Below are positions 39,229 to 53,621 of a stretch of 64,000 nucleotides of DNA, in pieces (position 1 is the first letter of the stretch; every line of letters starts with the position of its first letter). The position numbers and the translations under genes are program-made. Source of the stretch: Octopus sinensis (Eukaryota). The stretch covers positions 69,378,001-69,442,000 of the forward strand of contig NC_043008.1 of assembly GCF_006345805.1 (NCBI RefSeq), read 5' to 3'. The notes beneath the pieces are model-generated. The model did not search any database. It was not told where the DNA came from and saw only the letters and a list, made by a program, of their open reading frames with translations.

Positions 39229-39457
39229 CCACTACCGATAATAATGCTGACAAATACCCAAACTATTTTCTGAACGAACCTCTGAAATATGAAATAGCAG
39301 CCAATTCAGTATATTCTTAATTATATTTATATTTAGGCAGAGAAGGACTTGAGACAATGCAGTTCTGGATAATCTTGAACCAATGAAATGGCAGGGAGAG
39401 GTGGGGTTATGCCTGTTATTGTTAGGTCTATTTGATCAGGGTTGACTTGGGATTAAA

Positions 39458-39519
39458 CACTACTACTACTACTGCTGCTGTTGCTGCTACTACTACTACT
39501 ACAGCTGCTGCTGCTGCTG

Positions 39520-39563
<44 letters not shown>

Positions 39564-40300
39564 GGTGCTGTTGCTGCTGCTGCTGCAACTTACACCACCT
39601 TCACATGCACCATCCCATTTACGATTACTAAAACATTTACTACTACCACTACAAATAACACACCACCACTACCACCACCACGACACTAAAATTATTATTG
39701 CCCCGACACCCAGAAATACAACCCTACCACCAAATCAACACCTCATTTTTTTCCCACCACCATCACCGGTTCTCAACACTACCACCACTACCACCACCAT
39801 CACTACCACTACCAGCACCACCACCACCACCTCCAAAACAGTTCTACCTTCTCCACCACTATATCCGCATGTCTCAAACAATCACCACCACCACCACCTC
39901 CACCAATCCCAACACCAACACCACAGCCAACACTACTACCACCACCACCACTACCACCACCGTTACCATCGCTGCCATCACCACCACAACATTACCACAA
40001 CTACCACCGCCAGTAGTACCACGTCTACCAACACCACAATTAGCACTACCACCACAAACACGACAATCTCTATCATCACCCAACCGCCTCCACCACTAGC
40101 ACTACCACCATCACCACCATCACCACCACTACCGCTGCCGCTACCATCGCCACCACTCACTCCCATACCCACATATCTATCATTTGTCAGTAAATTCCAA
40201 CCGGTCTTTACCCCACCACCAGCACCACAGTCACCTCCACCACCACCATCACCACCACCACCACCACCACCACCACCACCACCACCACCACCCGCCGCCA
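39458..40300. repeat. ACT/GCT/CCA trinucleotide low-complexity tract
   Basis: Direct inspection. Confidence 0.9.
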
Positions 40301-40499
40301 TATATTTAGACATTGTTCTCACTTCTCATTTCTTTACAAACTTCTCAGATGTTTTCATCGCTTTTATCACTCTGTTGCTGTTGTTGCTCTTTAGAGATCT
40401 AGAAACATTCTCTTTCACTCTTACATACATGCTTCTGGAGCACACACACATACGTCAAGCGTACACACACCCATATATATATCTGTGTATGACTGTTTG

Positions 40500-40553
<54 letters not shown>

Positions 40554-40914
40554 TGTGTGTGTGTGTTTGTTTGTGTGTGTGTATATATATATATATGTTT
40601 ATGCGTATGTATATATATTTATGTCTATATGTATATATACATAGACGCATACATGTGCATACACACACGCACGTACACACACACATAGATGATGGATCTT
40701 CCGTCGATTCTGACAATGAGCATGTCAGATGTTCGAGTAACTGAACTAGTTGCTGTTAATGGTCGTATGTAGCCCACAGTTTCGTGTACCCATGTGGTAA
40801 TTCTCAGGTTAAATTCGCGGAAAGGCTTGGGTTAATGCTATGCTAAGGCAACGATATACTTACACAAAATGTCACGCCGTAGGATTGAACATGCACGTAA
40901 TGATTATAAAGCGT

Positions 40915-41292
40915 GTCTGTGTGGTAAGTAGCTTGCTTACCAACCACATGGTTCCGGGTTCATTCCCACTGCGTGGCACCTTGGGCAAGTGTCTTCTACT
41001 ATAGCCTTGGGCCGACCAAAGCCTTGTGAGTGGATTTGGTAGACGGAAACTGAAAGAAGCCCGTCGTATATATGTATGTGTGTGTATATGTTTGTGTGCC
41101 TGTGTTTGTCCCCCCAACATCGCTTGACAACAGATTCTGGTGTGTTTACGTCCCTGTAACTTAGCGGTTCGGCAAAAGAGACCGATAGAATAAGTACAAG
41201 GCTTCCAAAGAATAAGTCCTGGGGTCGATTTGCTCAACTAAAGGCGGTGCTCCAGCATGGCCGCAGGCAAAGGACTGAAACAAGGAAAAGAG
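40915..41292 (+). mobile_element. SINE family A, near full length
   Basis: B box ggttcattccc. Same body and tail as 4982-5395. Confidence 0.9.
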
Positions 41293-42076
41293 TGTATATA
41301 TATATATATATATATACATATGTGTATACATATTTGTGTGTGTGTGTATACATGTGTCTTAGTTTTTGTTACTAAAGATGAAGCACTCTGGTTATGGCAG
41401 TAACCGAAAGTCTCATTAAAAAAAACAGCACCACTTCACTATCAAAATACAGTTGGTATCTAAATGACGGAGACATAGTCAACTCCGCATTTAAATGGAT
41501 GGTAGTAGCAAAAAACAAATGATGCACATGTCTCGGTAGTAAATGTAATTGATCTGCAATCAGAGGCTTAAAATACAAGCCCCGTCGGGGAAAATCATGA
41601 ACACGAACGAAGAAACAATTGTATTACTTGCTTCGAAATATATTACTCTTTTAGATGTATTTCAATAAAAAGCCAATTGAACTTCTAATACCTGAGTTAA
41701 CTTGACACTCAAAATGAAGCACGTAGTGTACGACAAGATTAACAGATTTGCCAATACTTAAGCTGCCTCCCACCCTGCACCTCCTCTAGACATGTTAAAG
41801 ATGTTTCGTGTGGGGATGGAGATATTTGTGTTTTAATGCTTAATCCCGTTTCCCCTGACTTGATAACATAAATGCAACTAAATGTAATAGAGAGAATCTT
41901 CCCACTTAATTTTACTCTCTGATTTATAGGGTAGATATACATTAGACAGACGGGGTTCGATTTTACAATAAAATCGATGTTTGTGATTGTATCGCATGAC
42001 TTGAGAATGTAATCCAGTCATATGCCCCGCTCCTTCTTTGCAATAAACTCATTCATACACGGAAAACCCGGTTTTT

Positions 42077-43300
42077 ATATAACGAATACTAGGAGATAGA
42101 GTCGTTAAATATATCACTGTGAAACTTAACACGTACTCTTAAGTCTGTAATTTGTGAAAAAAAAAAAACGGTAAAAATCTCTCATTACAAGAACTGATGT
42201 GAATTAACTGCGTTTGAAAAGTTATTTTATGAGTCTGCTGCGATTTTACCCTTGTTTCTCCCATTAAAGGTCCACCATCTTTGAGAGATAAATGGTAATT
42301 CCGTGTATAATGTAATCTATCTTTGGATCTATTGTCTTTTAATCTTTTTCTAATAAGTGGCACAGATAAAGGCTTGCTTCTCAGATAAAAAGCTGAAAAT
42401 GCGCCTATTAATATTATTTACTAAATTTTCCAGATTACTGGGCGGATGTTTAGAACAAGTTATTAATATACGGCAATTTCGCGTTGATTTTAATATAACG
42501 TTTGTATTTACCCGTATCCAAATCTAAGAAATTAATCATTCTTATATTCGCGTCAACTGTAATCGTTATATCTATTTCTTTGAATATGTTGATAAACGTC
42601 TTACAGTCAACATCCGTCGTTTAAACGTTTTTACTTCACAAAATGTGTATAACATGATTAAAGTAAGAACAGCTCTAGAGTACGGAATCTCTGCCGAAGT
42701 ATGCCAATGATGTACAATCCTGTTAATTCTAGAACTCAGCTTCCATCGGTGCCATTCTATAGCTATAGTGATAGTAAACAATATCTAACCAACAGACTTA
42801 ACTCAAGACAGATGATTTAAAATAGATAAGATTTCTCAGTATATTATTAAAATCCGAATTAGAACTAGATTACATTTTGTTACAGACCTTTTATTAAGAT
42901 CAACGAGAAATTGCAGTATATAAATATATGTCCTAAACATCCGCCCCTAATCCGAAAAACTTAGTAAATTATAGTAATAGGCGTATTTTCAGCTTATCCT
43001 CCGACCTTTGAGCCTTTGCCAGTCTCGCTTATAAAACGTATCAGAAGATAATAGATCGAAAGATGGATTACATCATGTACGGAATTAACATTTATCTTTT
43101 CAAAGACAGCAAATCTTTTAAGGAAGAAAAGTAGAGGAGTAAAATTATAAAATATTATCTTTTCAAAGGGGGTTAATTCACACCGCCTCTCTTTTTTTTT
43201 TTTTTTTTTACAACTTACTGACTTAAAAGTGAATATTAAGTTTCAGAGTGATAAAACCCTCTATCGAATCCTGAAGATTCCTAGAAGGATTCAGTTATAG
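42077..43300. repeat. Old diverged long inverted repeat (arms about 42077-42520 and 42870-43300)
   Basis: For example aagctgaaaatgcgcctatta..ggcggatgtttag (42391-42453) versus ctaaacatccgcc..taataggcgtattttcagctt (42933-42995). The poly-A at 42157 mirrors the poly-T at 43192. Confidence 0.9.
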
Positions 43301-43834
43301 GTGGATAGTAGAACTCATCTCTATGGAGCTGCATACACATAGAAAAGTACTTGTTATCTATATCAGTAACCCGCTTCATGACAGCTACACTCTTATTACA
43401 TAATGTAAGAGACGTGACCTGTTTAATGCTAAAAATTATGGCATATAAAATATTATTACTGACATAACCTTTTTGACTTTTAGCCGGATTTATTAATCTG
43501 AATTCGACACTGCCAAAAAAATTACCTTTATGACCTTTAAATGTAATGTATGAATCACTGAATGCTACAGATTCTACTGTTTCATCTACCTTCTTGTGTT
43601 GGTAGCTAATTCTTTTGATTCTAAATTAATAGCATGGTATGCACTCGAGTTAGTTTTATTATAGTTCTTGGAGATATTCTTAGAAAAGTGTCTGAGGTAT
43701 GTGTACGGCTATCAATTTCATACATGTCTAATATGTTTGTCACCTTTTCTGATTACAAACAGTCTTTTGTTGTAGTTAGAAGTAGGACCTAGCTACAAAG
43801 TATCTTTTAACTTTTACTTATTTAAGTAATTACA

Positions 43835-44180
43835 CTGTGGCCATGCTGGGGCACTGCGTTGAAAGGCTTAGTCGAGCAAATATATCCCAGTATTTCTTTA
43901 TTTATTGGTTAAGTCTTGTAATTATTCTATCAGTCACTTCGAACCGTTAAACAATTCTGGTTGTCAAGCAGTGGTAGGGAGTCTAAAAATAAAGATGTAC
44001 AAAGACACAAACATCCATACGACGGACTTCTACATAGTTTCCGTCTACCAAATTCACTCGCAAGATATTGATCGGTCCGGATGTATTGTAGAAGACACTT
44101 GCCCAAGGTGCCGCATGTGAGACAACGTGAAAGCACAAGATTGCCAAGCGAGATTCTTAACCACACAGCTATGCCTGTGC
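43835..44180 (-). mobile_element. SINE family A, diverged
   Basis: gtttccgtctaccaaattcactc..gtagaagacacttgcccaaggtgcc. Confidence 0.8.
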
Positions 44181-44831
44181 CTACACAAAATTCGTAGAAA
44201 AATCTCCACATTAGTAGACGGTGTTTTCAATATTACGACCTCTGGAATATGATCGCGTCTTGCTTCCACTGCTCCGCTATGGTTGTATAAATTCCCTGCA
44301 CAACAGTCTTAGCTTTCTTCTTTGCCGATAACATCTCACAAATTTAATTAAATTTCCTGGTGAAAAAGAAGTTAAAATATATCCTAAATATATTCGAACC
44401 GACCCAAAGTTTGTTTATTTCCCATCACTGCTTCATGTAATTAATAATTAATTGTTCCAACGAGGCAGCCTACGCGCAAAAATTAGTACTCAGTGTTTAC
44501 TTATTTTTCTAAGGCTAAATCGTTCTAGCCAACCAAAATTACCTCTGAAGGCAGCTAACAAGCTAGAAATGCGTCTGTTAGTTCACAGAGGGCTCTCTAA
44601 ACTGATGATGAGATTCTTACTTTCTTCTTCTACCATAAGCAAGATTTGTTTTTCTTCTACGGTAAATGCCGTGAGAAAGCCTTTACAAACCGACATATGC
44701 CTTAAGCATATTTGAAATGACCTAACATTTGTTTAGTTTCCATCACTGCTTCGCACAAATATTTACAAATAAGTAATTACTTTTAGCTTTCCTCTACATA
44801 ACAGCGACAAAGGGAGCTATTCCTTACATAG

Positions 44832-44883
<52 letters not shown>

Positions 44884-47446
44884 AAAGAGGAGGAAGACGA
44901 CGACGATGAGGAGTAGGGGGAGGGAAATACCACGATTAATGAATGATATAAAAATGCAGCCCTTGGTGGAAGATTAAACGATTTCGTAAGAATTTGCTAA
45001 CAAAGAGTTCCATTGTCATTCCGGTTATTAAGGGTAGTTCATGCCTTAGTTATGGGTTTAAGAGCTGCGACAATAGATTATTGGGTGCATTATATTTAAA
45101 TTAACCTTTGACATCGCAGTTATCAATGAAAGTTTCTTCCGTTAATCTTTTTCTCAACTTGTCCTTTTCCATAATCCTCTTGGCCTTCAAAGGTACTACG
45201 TAGATAGCACAAAGGCTCGTAACTGCCTATGCCTATATCGCTGGAATCTATTACCCTCTAAATTTTAAGTGGAATCCCTTGCCCTGGAACCACATTACGC
45301 CTAGACATTGTTCGACGATGGCAAACTAACCGAAACTTCAAAGTCTCTGTCATTCCCTTCTTTTAAAGGCATAATGTGTACATAAATATATATGTATGTG
45401 CGTTTGCGTGTTCGTGTGAGTGTTTGTGCGTGTATGTACATTACTTAAATGATAATACTAGAGAATGAAAAGCGATTACATTAATTTTCAGACGCTAACA
45501 TATATACGTCCATAGGACTAGTCTTACAAAGATTTCGATGTACACATATGATCTTTTTCATTTGATATCCAATATAGTATCACGTTCTTTCAATGTCGAA
45601 GTATTTTTAGACAACTTGGTTAAGCTCTTTTTATGTTCCTGGAAGGAGTACGGTTGAAATAGTGTTAATTTAAAATTATCCTCTACCATGCCGAAACCAT
45701 ATTTGCACTCAAGATCTAGGTTTAGTTTTATGGAAGTGACTGTTGCTTCATAGATAAATACTTCAGCATTCAGGGGACAAATATTTTCTGCATGAAGATT
45801 TTAGTTTAGTTGTTTGTTGATTAAATGTTTCATATTTATGGTACAACTGCATCTTAGTTTTAAGTTATTTCTGTTAAACGATGTCCTATAACCATAGTTA
45901 GTGGGGGAATGTTTATTTATTAAGGCGAGGAATTATTTTACTATGCTTAATTTAACATTTAAAGAGAAAAAGTCGTAAAGCGGATAACATTTCGGCGTTT
46001 CTTGTCAGTGAATAGCCAGATGTTAGGGTTATAATAAAATAATTTTTACGTCCGCTACCTTCTCGTTCTTTATTGTTGTCGAGTTCAGCTGTGCAGAAGA
46101 TTTCCCAAGTTAGACATTCTTTGCAGAAATTGATTAGGTTTTTGAAAATTATTGGTGCTTCACTATAATTTGTATTGATAAACTTAAGCTTTAAATTTTA
46201 CTTACTATATTGCTTACATTTTCCTGATGTTAGGTTGAGTGTAATATTCAAGAAATTTACAGTTTTCAGCTTAGTAGTAATTGGTATTCTCAAGTCGAAA
46301 TTATTAAAGTTATTGATTATATTCTTTTTTTTTTGTAACATTGTCTAATTTGTTACAACTGTTCCTGTTGGGCTGTGCACTTGTGCGCGCGTAAAAACTT
46401 GTCAATTAAGAAACGAAAAATGTACGAGCGAAAAGTTTTTAAGACGATATCGTTTTTTTGTCAGTGATGTTTACTTGCGTAGATATTTACATACTCTGCT
46501 ATGAAAAACATTTGTACACACTACAAGTTTCTGAGCACAACCATAGCCCTCAGTAAATTTTAGTGGGAACATTCTTTGTAACCACTTTGCAACCATCCTA
46601 TCATTTCTATACAGGGTTATATATGTGGCTATGAATACATTTTTAAGCGAGTCACATATTTTTGTAATGTCGAACAATATATATGCTGTAAACAACAAGA
46701 AGAATCCCAAAAGCCGTTGTTTTCCAAACTAAAATTCTCAATGTGGTATTTACCCATTGATTTAAACAATTCCCTGTTAATCTCGTCTTCAGAAATGTAA
46801 TGAAACATTAATTGCTCATTCGATGGCAATTTATAATCAATGATTCTCTTATCGATTATTGTGACATAATATAAATAATTAAAGTTCAATAAATATTTAA
46901 TGAAGCATGTCGCATAATCCGTGCATATTATTATAAAGATTCTGCCACACTAGACTCCCGTAACAAAAATACAAATGATTGATGTATTTACTTCAATAAG
47001 TGACTATAAAATAAAAAAAATTAAAGTTTTTATAGATATCTTTCTATGATAGACACGAGGAAGCGTCCGTGGGATCTATTGATCTGATAGATCCAGAAGC
47101 AAGATCTCTTTTCCGCCTTGAACATGAACAGCACGTTGTATAATGCAGACGCAGATATGCCATGCTTGAGAGAAAGACAAGTATATATGTGTGTTCTCAT
47201 CAGAATCGTCTACATCATTCTAACATTCTCCGAAGAAGCAAGCAAACAAGCTGTTTATATAATCAACAAATGCAGCAGTTACCTTATGAAGGAGTCCCTA
47301 ATATGCATACCGAAAGTGTTTAACATTCTATAAATACCAGCGGCCTGTCAACTGGAATCTTAGTCTACACAGTACCAAGGTGTGATATAATAAATATATA
47401 ATATTTAGTATAATTATAAAGAGGGTAAATTATGTATATATATACA

Positions 47447-48218
47447 TAATTCAAATAAGTTATTACTGTCTTTAGAAAATAATGATAAAGTAGCCAACAA
47501 AGATAACCAAATATGCAAAATATATTTTAAAAGTCACGGTGGTGCTAGGAAGAAAATTTTAAAATCTCCAAAGCCATACATCTTTCACTATATGTAAACA
47601 CGCACGGGGAATATAGCAAATGTACTAAAAACACAGCCGTCCCATTTTTAAAAAACTACAAATAGGAGAGTAGATAACCCAGTATTAATAAATTCGTCTT
47701 CTGTGCCAAAGACACTTAAAGCCCATCAGCCAGGCTTACTATGCAAACTATTTCTAAAAATATATTTACCATTCCGTGCACGTCTGTTCAGCTGAAGACC
47801 CCACGAATTCCAAATGAACATTAGCGAGCAAGTATAAATTCAAAATTCAAATAAGTTATCATTATCTTTTAAAAAAATTATAATAAAGTGGTCACCAAAC
47901 ATAACCAAGTGGGCAAAAATATGCAAAATATACATTAAAAGCCAGAGTACTCCTGTTTGCTAGAAAGAAATGTTAAAACTATCCAAAGACAAGCATCTCT
48001 CACTATATGTAAACACGCATGGCGAATATAGCTTTAAGTGTCTTGGGCACAAAAAGCGAAATCAATAGATATTGGGATAATTACTCTCCTCTTTGTAGTT
48101 TTACAAATGGAAACAACTGTTTTTTTAGTTTATTGCTACCATCTCCATGCGTGTTTCCATATAGTGAGAAATGCGTGGTTTTGGAGAGCATTAACTCTCC
48201 TTTCTAGCAAACAGGTGA
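47447..48218. repeat. Three-arm diverged repeat: A-B ... A' followed by inverted (B, A)
   Basis: 47447-47618 is repeated directly at 47845-48032. 47530-47721 is inverted at 48031-48218. Confidence 0.85.
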
Positions 48219-48249
48219 ATATTGTACCTACACTTTTAATATTTATATA

Positions 48250-48467
48250 CAGTGTAGCCCAAAAGTAGGTTTACAGTTATTTAACTATCACTTTTGCATT
48301 CATATATTAACAGTTTAGATCTTAATTATAAAAATATATGAAGCCATTATTTTATGCTAATTTAGTTGATTGTAAGATAAAAATTTATATGTAATAAAAG
48401 GTTTTAAAAGAAGTTTAAAGTGTCTATGTGATAACTGTAAATGTAAACCTACTTTTGGGCCACCCTG
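48250..48467. mobile_element. Tc1/mariner-type MITE (218 bp)
   Basis: TIRs cagtgtagcccaaaagtaggtttaca / tgtaaacctacttttgggccaccctg, with TA on both sides. Confidence 0.9.
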
Positions 48468-48471
48468 TATA

Positions 48472-48504
<33 letters not shown>

Positions 48505-48551
48505 ATATATTTATTTATGTATATAAAGAGAGAGAGAGAGAGAGAGAGAGA

Positions 48552-48720
48552 GGCGCAGGAGTGGCTGTGAGGTAAGTAGCTTGCTTCCCAACCACATGGT
48601 TCCGGGTTCAGTCCCACAGCGTGGCACTTTGGGCAAGTGTCTTCTACTATAGCCTCGAGCCGATCGAAGCCTTGTGAGTTGATTTGGTAAACGCAAACTG
48701 AAAGAAGCCCACCGTACGTA
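48552..48720 (+). mobile_element. SINE family A, 5' half
   Basis: ggcgcaggagtggctgtgaggt..ggttcagtccc..aactgaaagaagccc. Confidence 0.85.
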
Positions 48721-48818
48721 TATATATACACGAACACACACATATATATATATGTGTGTGTGTGCGTGTGTGTGTATGTATATACATTTATATATATATA
48801 TATACATATACACACACA

Positions 48819-48883
<65 letters not shown>

Positions 48884-49397
48884 CTCCGGAGCTTTGTGAT
48901 TGGGAGGCAAATTCCTTACCACACTGCCGCATCTGCAAGATGCTCAAACATTTTTGTAAGACTGCAAATAAGGATATAAATCAGTTACATATCTTCATCA
49001 GTTACACATCTTCAACTATCCAGAAATGGTTTGCTATAGCAATAGCTTAATTAGCCGTGTCTTTTCTGCTTCTGTGTAACAATAACCAAATTCCTCACAT
49101 GCATGTGGGTTCGTGTTTGTTTTAAATTATTTAAATTCACCCTACAAGTATGAAACTGGTTTATGACAAAGAAACAGAGATACTTTGCAAGGAATTTCGA
49201 TAACAACGAAAATTGCTAAAAGAAAAAACCTTGTCTTCATTTGTTATTCCAATTACAGAATGCATTTGTAAAGGATGTGTTAGCTAGTCACTAACTTTGT
49301 CAACCAATCAGATACCTACCTACCTACCTACTTACATTTGTATATACATACATGCATACATATACATACATACATATATATATATACATACATACAT

Positions 49398-49428
<31 letters not shown>

Positions 49429-50673
49429 CAGGGGTTGGACAAAATAATGGAAACACCTTAACATTTCAAACAAATTTATATTAAATGGAGTAGGACCGCC
49501 TTTGGCAGTAATTACAGCTTGAATTCTATGAGGTATGGACTCGTACAAAGTTTGAATTGTTTCTAAAGGAAGTTTTGTCCATTCTTCAGCTAAAACAGTC
49601 TCCAATTCTTGTAGTGATGATAGTGGAGGATATCAGACTCCTCACTTGTTTTTCTAAAATCCACCATCAATGTTCAATAATATTGAGATCTGGGGACTGT
49701 GGTGACCAGATAAGATGTTCCTCGTGCCATTCAGTAACAACTTTAGCTGTGTGTATTGGTGCATTATCATTCTGAAACATTGCGTTTCCCTCCCGAAACA
49801 GTTCTGCAACTATAGGATGAATTTGATCAGATAAAATGCTTAAATAGTCGTGACTATTAATTCTGCCATGAAGAGAAACCATTGGGTCGGCGGATTTCCA
49901 AGATATAGCCCCCTACCAGATCATCACAGATCCTCCTCCATCTTTAAAAGTTGGAAGAAGGCAGTCTGGCTCAAATGCTTCTTTTGGCTGTCTCTACAAG
50001 TATACTCTGCCGATGGTCAGAAATAAGGTAAAGGATGAGTCGTCCGCGAAAATAACATTCTTCCGCTGCTCTAGGACCAGTTATGTAGGTTTTTACTCCA
50101 CTCTAAACGCTTTGCAAAGTTTGTTTTTGAAAGCAGTGGTTTTCTGATTGCAGCTCTCCCGTGAAATCCGGCTTTGGACGCTCCCGGTAAACAGTTTTAG
50201 TGGAAACTGGGCTCTCGAGGTGATTATTAATCTCTGCAGTAATTTCGGGAGCTGTACTTTTGTGATCCTTTCTAACAATTCGCGTAAGAGTCAGACGGTC
50301 CCTATCTGAAAGTTTTGGTTTTCTTCCGCCGTTTTGTTTCGACGAGGAGGTTTTTCCCTCTTTCTCAAAGGCTGTTATAACTTTCGAGACAGTACTTCGT
50401 GATACACCAAACATTTCGGCTGTTTTCGTTATGCTAGCGCCTGCCATACGAGCATCAATAATTTGATCTGTTTGAAAGTCCGATAGATCTGCTTTTTAAT
50501 GAATTTTAATTGCCTATTTCTGATGATATCTGAAAAGAAACAGCAATTTTAGCGAAACATATTAAGCAACGCTAATAATAAATCGAAACACATAAAAATA
50601 AACAAGCTTTTGAGGTTTTTATAGATGTCTCAAAATTATGATGCCATGTTTCCATTATTTTGTCCAACATCTG
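49429..50673 (-). mobile_element. Tc1-like (DD34E) transposon with both TIRs and a disrupted transposase
   Basis: TIR caggggttggacaaaataatggaaaca / tgtttccattattttgtccaacatctg with TA TSD. HTH ORF at 50103-50447; FQNDNAPIH..WSPQSPDLNIIEH; AVITAKGGPT. Confidence 0.95.
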
Positions 50674-50878
50674 TATATACATACACGCAAACATATACAC
50701 ATATTCACATGTATATATAATCTTTATTTTTTTTCTCTCTCTCTCTCTGTTAGTGTATACACACACAAACATATACACATTTTCACATGTATATATAATC
50801 TTTCTTTTTCTCTCTCCCCTCTCTCTTTCTATGTGGATGTGTACACACATATATATATATACATCTATCTATCTACAC

Positions 50879-50953
<75 letters not shown>

Positions 50954-51503
50954 TGATGTGTGTTTATATACATATACATAAACATATATAGACAATGATA
51001 TAATTGATCTAAATGTATGCATTTTATACATATATATATACATACATATATACATATACACATACCTAGATGATATGCATGTGTACATTTTTGTGTTAGA
51101 AAAAAGTTATAAGAATGTATGTATACACACAAATTTACATATATATATATATACATATAAATATATATATATACATACATATATATATATATCTTTCATA
51201 TACATTTGAATGTCATGTGTGTTGTGACTCTGGTTTCGTGGCTGCTGCCCCATCAGCTAATTGAACCTGAAACGCGTGAAATAGATGTTTACATGTTTAC
51301 ATGTTTACTCTGAATGAAACGTGCAGACAGAGACAATAGAAATATGAGACGGAATAAAAATGTGACAATCTGTTGAAAACATATTTACTTTGTTGAAGTT
51401 GTAAGATATCTATTCACTATATAATTGGAGATTAATCTGACAATGCGCTTAGTTAGACGTATATACGTACATACGTACTTATGTGTGTATGTACTGAGAG
51501 CGG

Positions 51504-51540
<37 letters not shown>

Positions 51541-51560
51541 TATATATATATATAAACACA

Positions 51561-51596
<36 letters not shown>

Positions 51597-51641
51597 TATA
51601 CACACACATATATATATGTATAGACATACATATATATATGC

Positions 51642-51680
<39 letters not shown>

Positions 51681-52302
51681 CACACGCACATATATATACA
51701 TATACACATACACACACATGGCATATATATGTATATATATATATGTAGATAAATATAAATATAATATATATATATAATCCACTGATGATGATATATATAT
51801 ATAATATATACATACATACATACACACGTACATATATATATACGTATATATATATAAATATGAATATATATATATATGAATCACTGACCATATATATATA
51901 TAATATGTATATGCATGTATATATATACATATGTATACGTGTCCAACTCCCTTTCTCTCTCTCCTATATGTTTACATATACGTGTGTGTGTGTGTATTCC
52001 ACACGCGCGTACACGCATGGACACACTGACAACAGGGAGAAAGAGAGAGAGAGAGAGGGCGTAGGGAGAGGGCAACAGGAAAATGAAAGTTTTCCTGTAC
52101 ATATAAGCATTGAATGCTACTTCAGTTAACGGTTGAATGTTTCTAGCATAATTTTACACATGGCGCATTTACACACACACACACACACACATACACACGC
52201 ACACAAAGAAATACACACACACATGTATGCCTGTATTTATATGTATATGTATATATATATCTATATACATATGCTTAAATACATTATACGATGCGTATGT
52301 AT

Positions 52303-53360
52303 ACGCAAGGTGCGTCATCTATTTGAGAACACAATTTTAATTTAAGGATAATAAAAATATTTATTAGAAAAACCAATATATTTTATAGAATTTGGTAAAC
52401 ATATTCTTACATACACATAGCAAAAGGCTAAGGCTAATCAATAAAACTGTCATCAGCCACGATTACAGCCTCGACACAGCTTTTGAAATGACTAAATATG
52501 TTGATCATATGATCGTTATTCATGTTAGCCATATCGTGTCCAATAACAGGCATCAACGAATCCTTGTTATTATGAACATGCTTGTTTGTCTGCCACGGTC
52601 GTGGAAGATGAATCAGGAGAGCTTGGAAGCCAAACGTTAAGGGTAACATAATCATGAAAATTTCCGACCATCCACAGCTAGATTAAGAAGGCTGTGTGTA
52701 AAGAAAAAGAGTGTTGCTTGAACGCGTACGACCTCCTCCACTCAACTCACTCGATCCCGAGCTTGATACACACCTCCATTGTTTCGATATAGGATGCTGT
52801 ATTGACCCTTAGGCGTCGCGTAAAAAAAGTGACGAGGCATGACATTTACCTGTCAATTTCCCTGTGCATCTTTTAATTTTGGACAAAGATCTTCTTATCT
52901 AAGGAGAACCACAGCGTGTCTTCGACATACTCGACTTTGTTTAGATGGTGCTTCGACAGTATCACACTGTTCTTCCGGGTTTTTGTCGGAAGTGAACTGC
53001 CCTGTCTCATTCCATAGACTTTGTCCCTGTTGTCTCCATGCACCACAAGCCTAATTATTGACTACGACAGGTGAAGATGATTAGAAATGGCACTGATTGA
53101 TTTGCTGGGATTCTTGATGATGATGCCCTGGACTTGTGGATAAACTCATCTTTTCTTACAATGAATGTCTGACCGTCCAGAATGGTTTTCGTGTTTTGGC
53201 CATATTACCGTTACAGACTAAGTGCTCTTTTCCGACTTTAAACGTGAGGGACTTGGCGACGTATAAAAAGGGTGCAATCTACATATAGTTACATATCTAG
53301 ACATGCTCGTATATATATAAATGATAAACTCCTGGAAAGTTTTACAGATTTTACAGTTCC
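52303..53360 (-). mobile_element. Tc1/mariner (maT-like) relic
   Basis: Minus strand WMVGNFHDYVTLNVWLPSSPD, the WPPSSPDLNP motif. Confidence 0.6.
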
Positions 53361-53588
53361 AGCGATGGATTAGATCTGTGGTCTTCGAATTAGCTTACCC
53401 CTTTCTGGTTTTGAAGAGCCTATTTTCTCAAGCTTGGTATTTAGGCAATGTCTTACATATCCCCAATACTAACAGATATAAACCCAAACTTGTAATCTGG
53501 ATAGAGTAACTGCAGATTTCTCAATAGTTCAGCGTAAGTATTCACTTTTACACTAATCTTCAGCATTATGTCAACAACCGCTGTATGC

Positions 53589-53621
<33 letters not shown>

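Noticed and set aside
39432-40506. 341-aa Pro/Thr/His-rich ORF (mucin/extensin-like)
   Set aside because: CCA/ACT low-complexity sequence lacking stops by composition, running into (TA)n.
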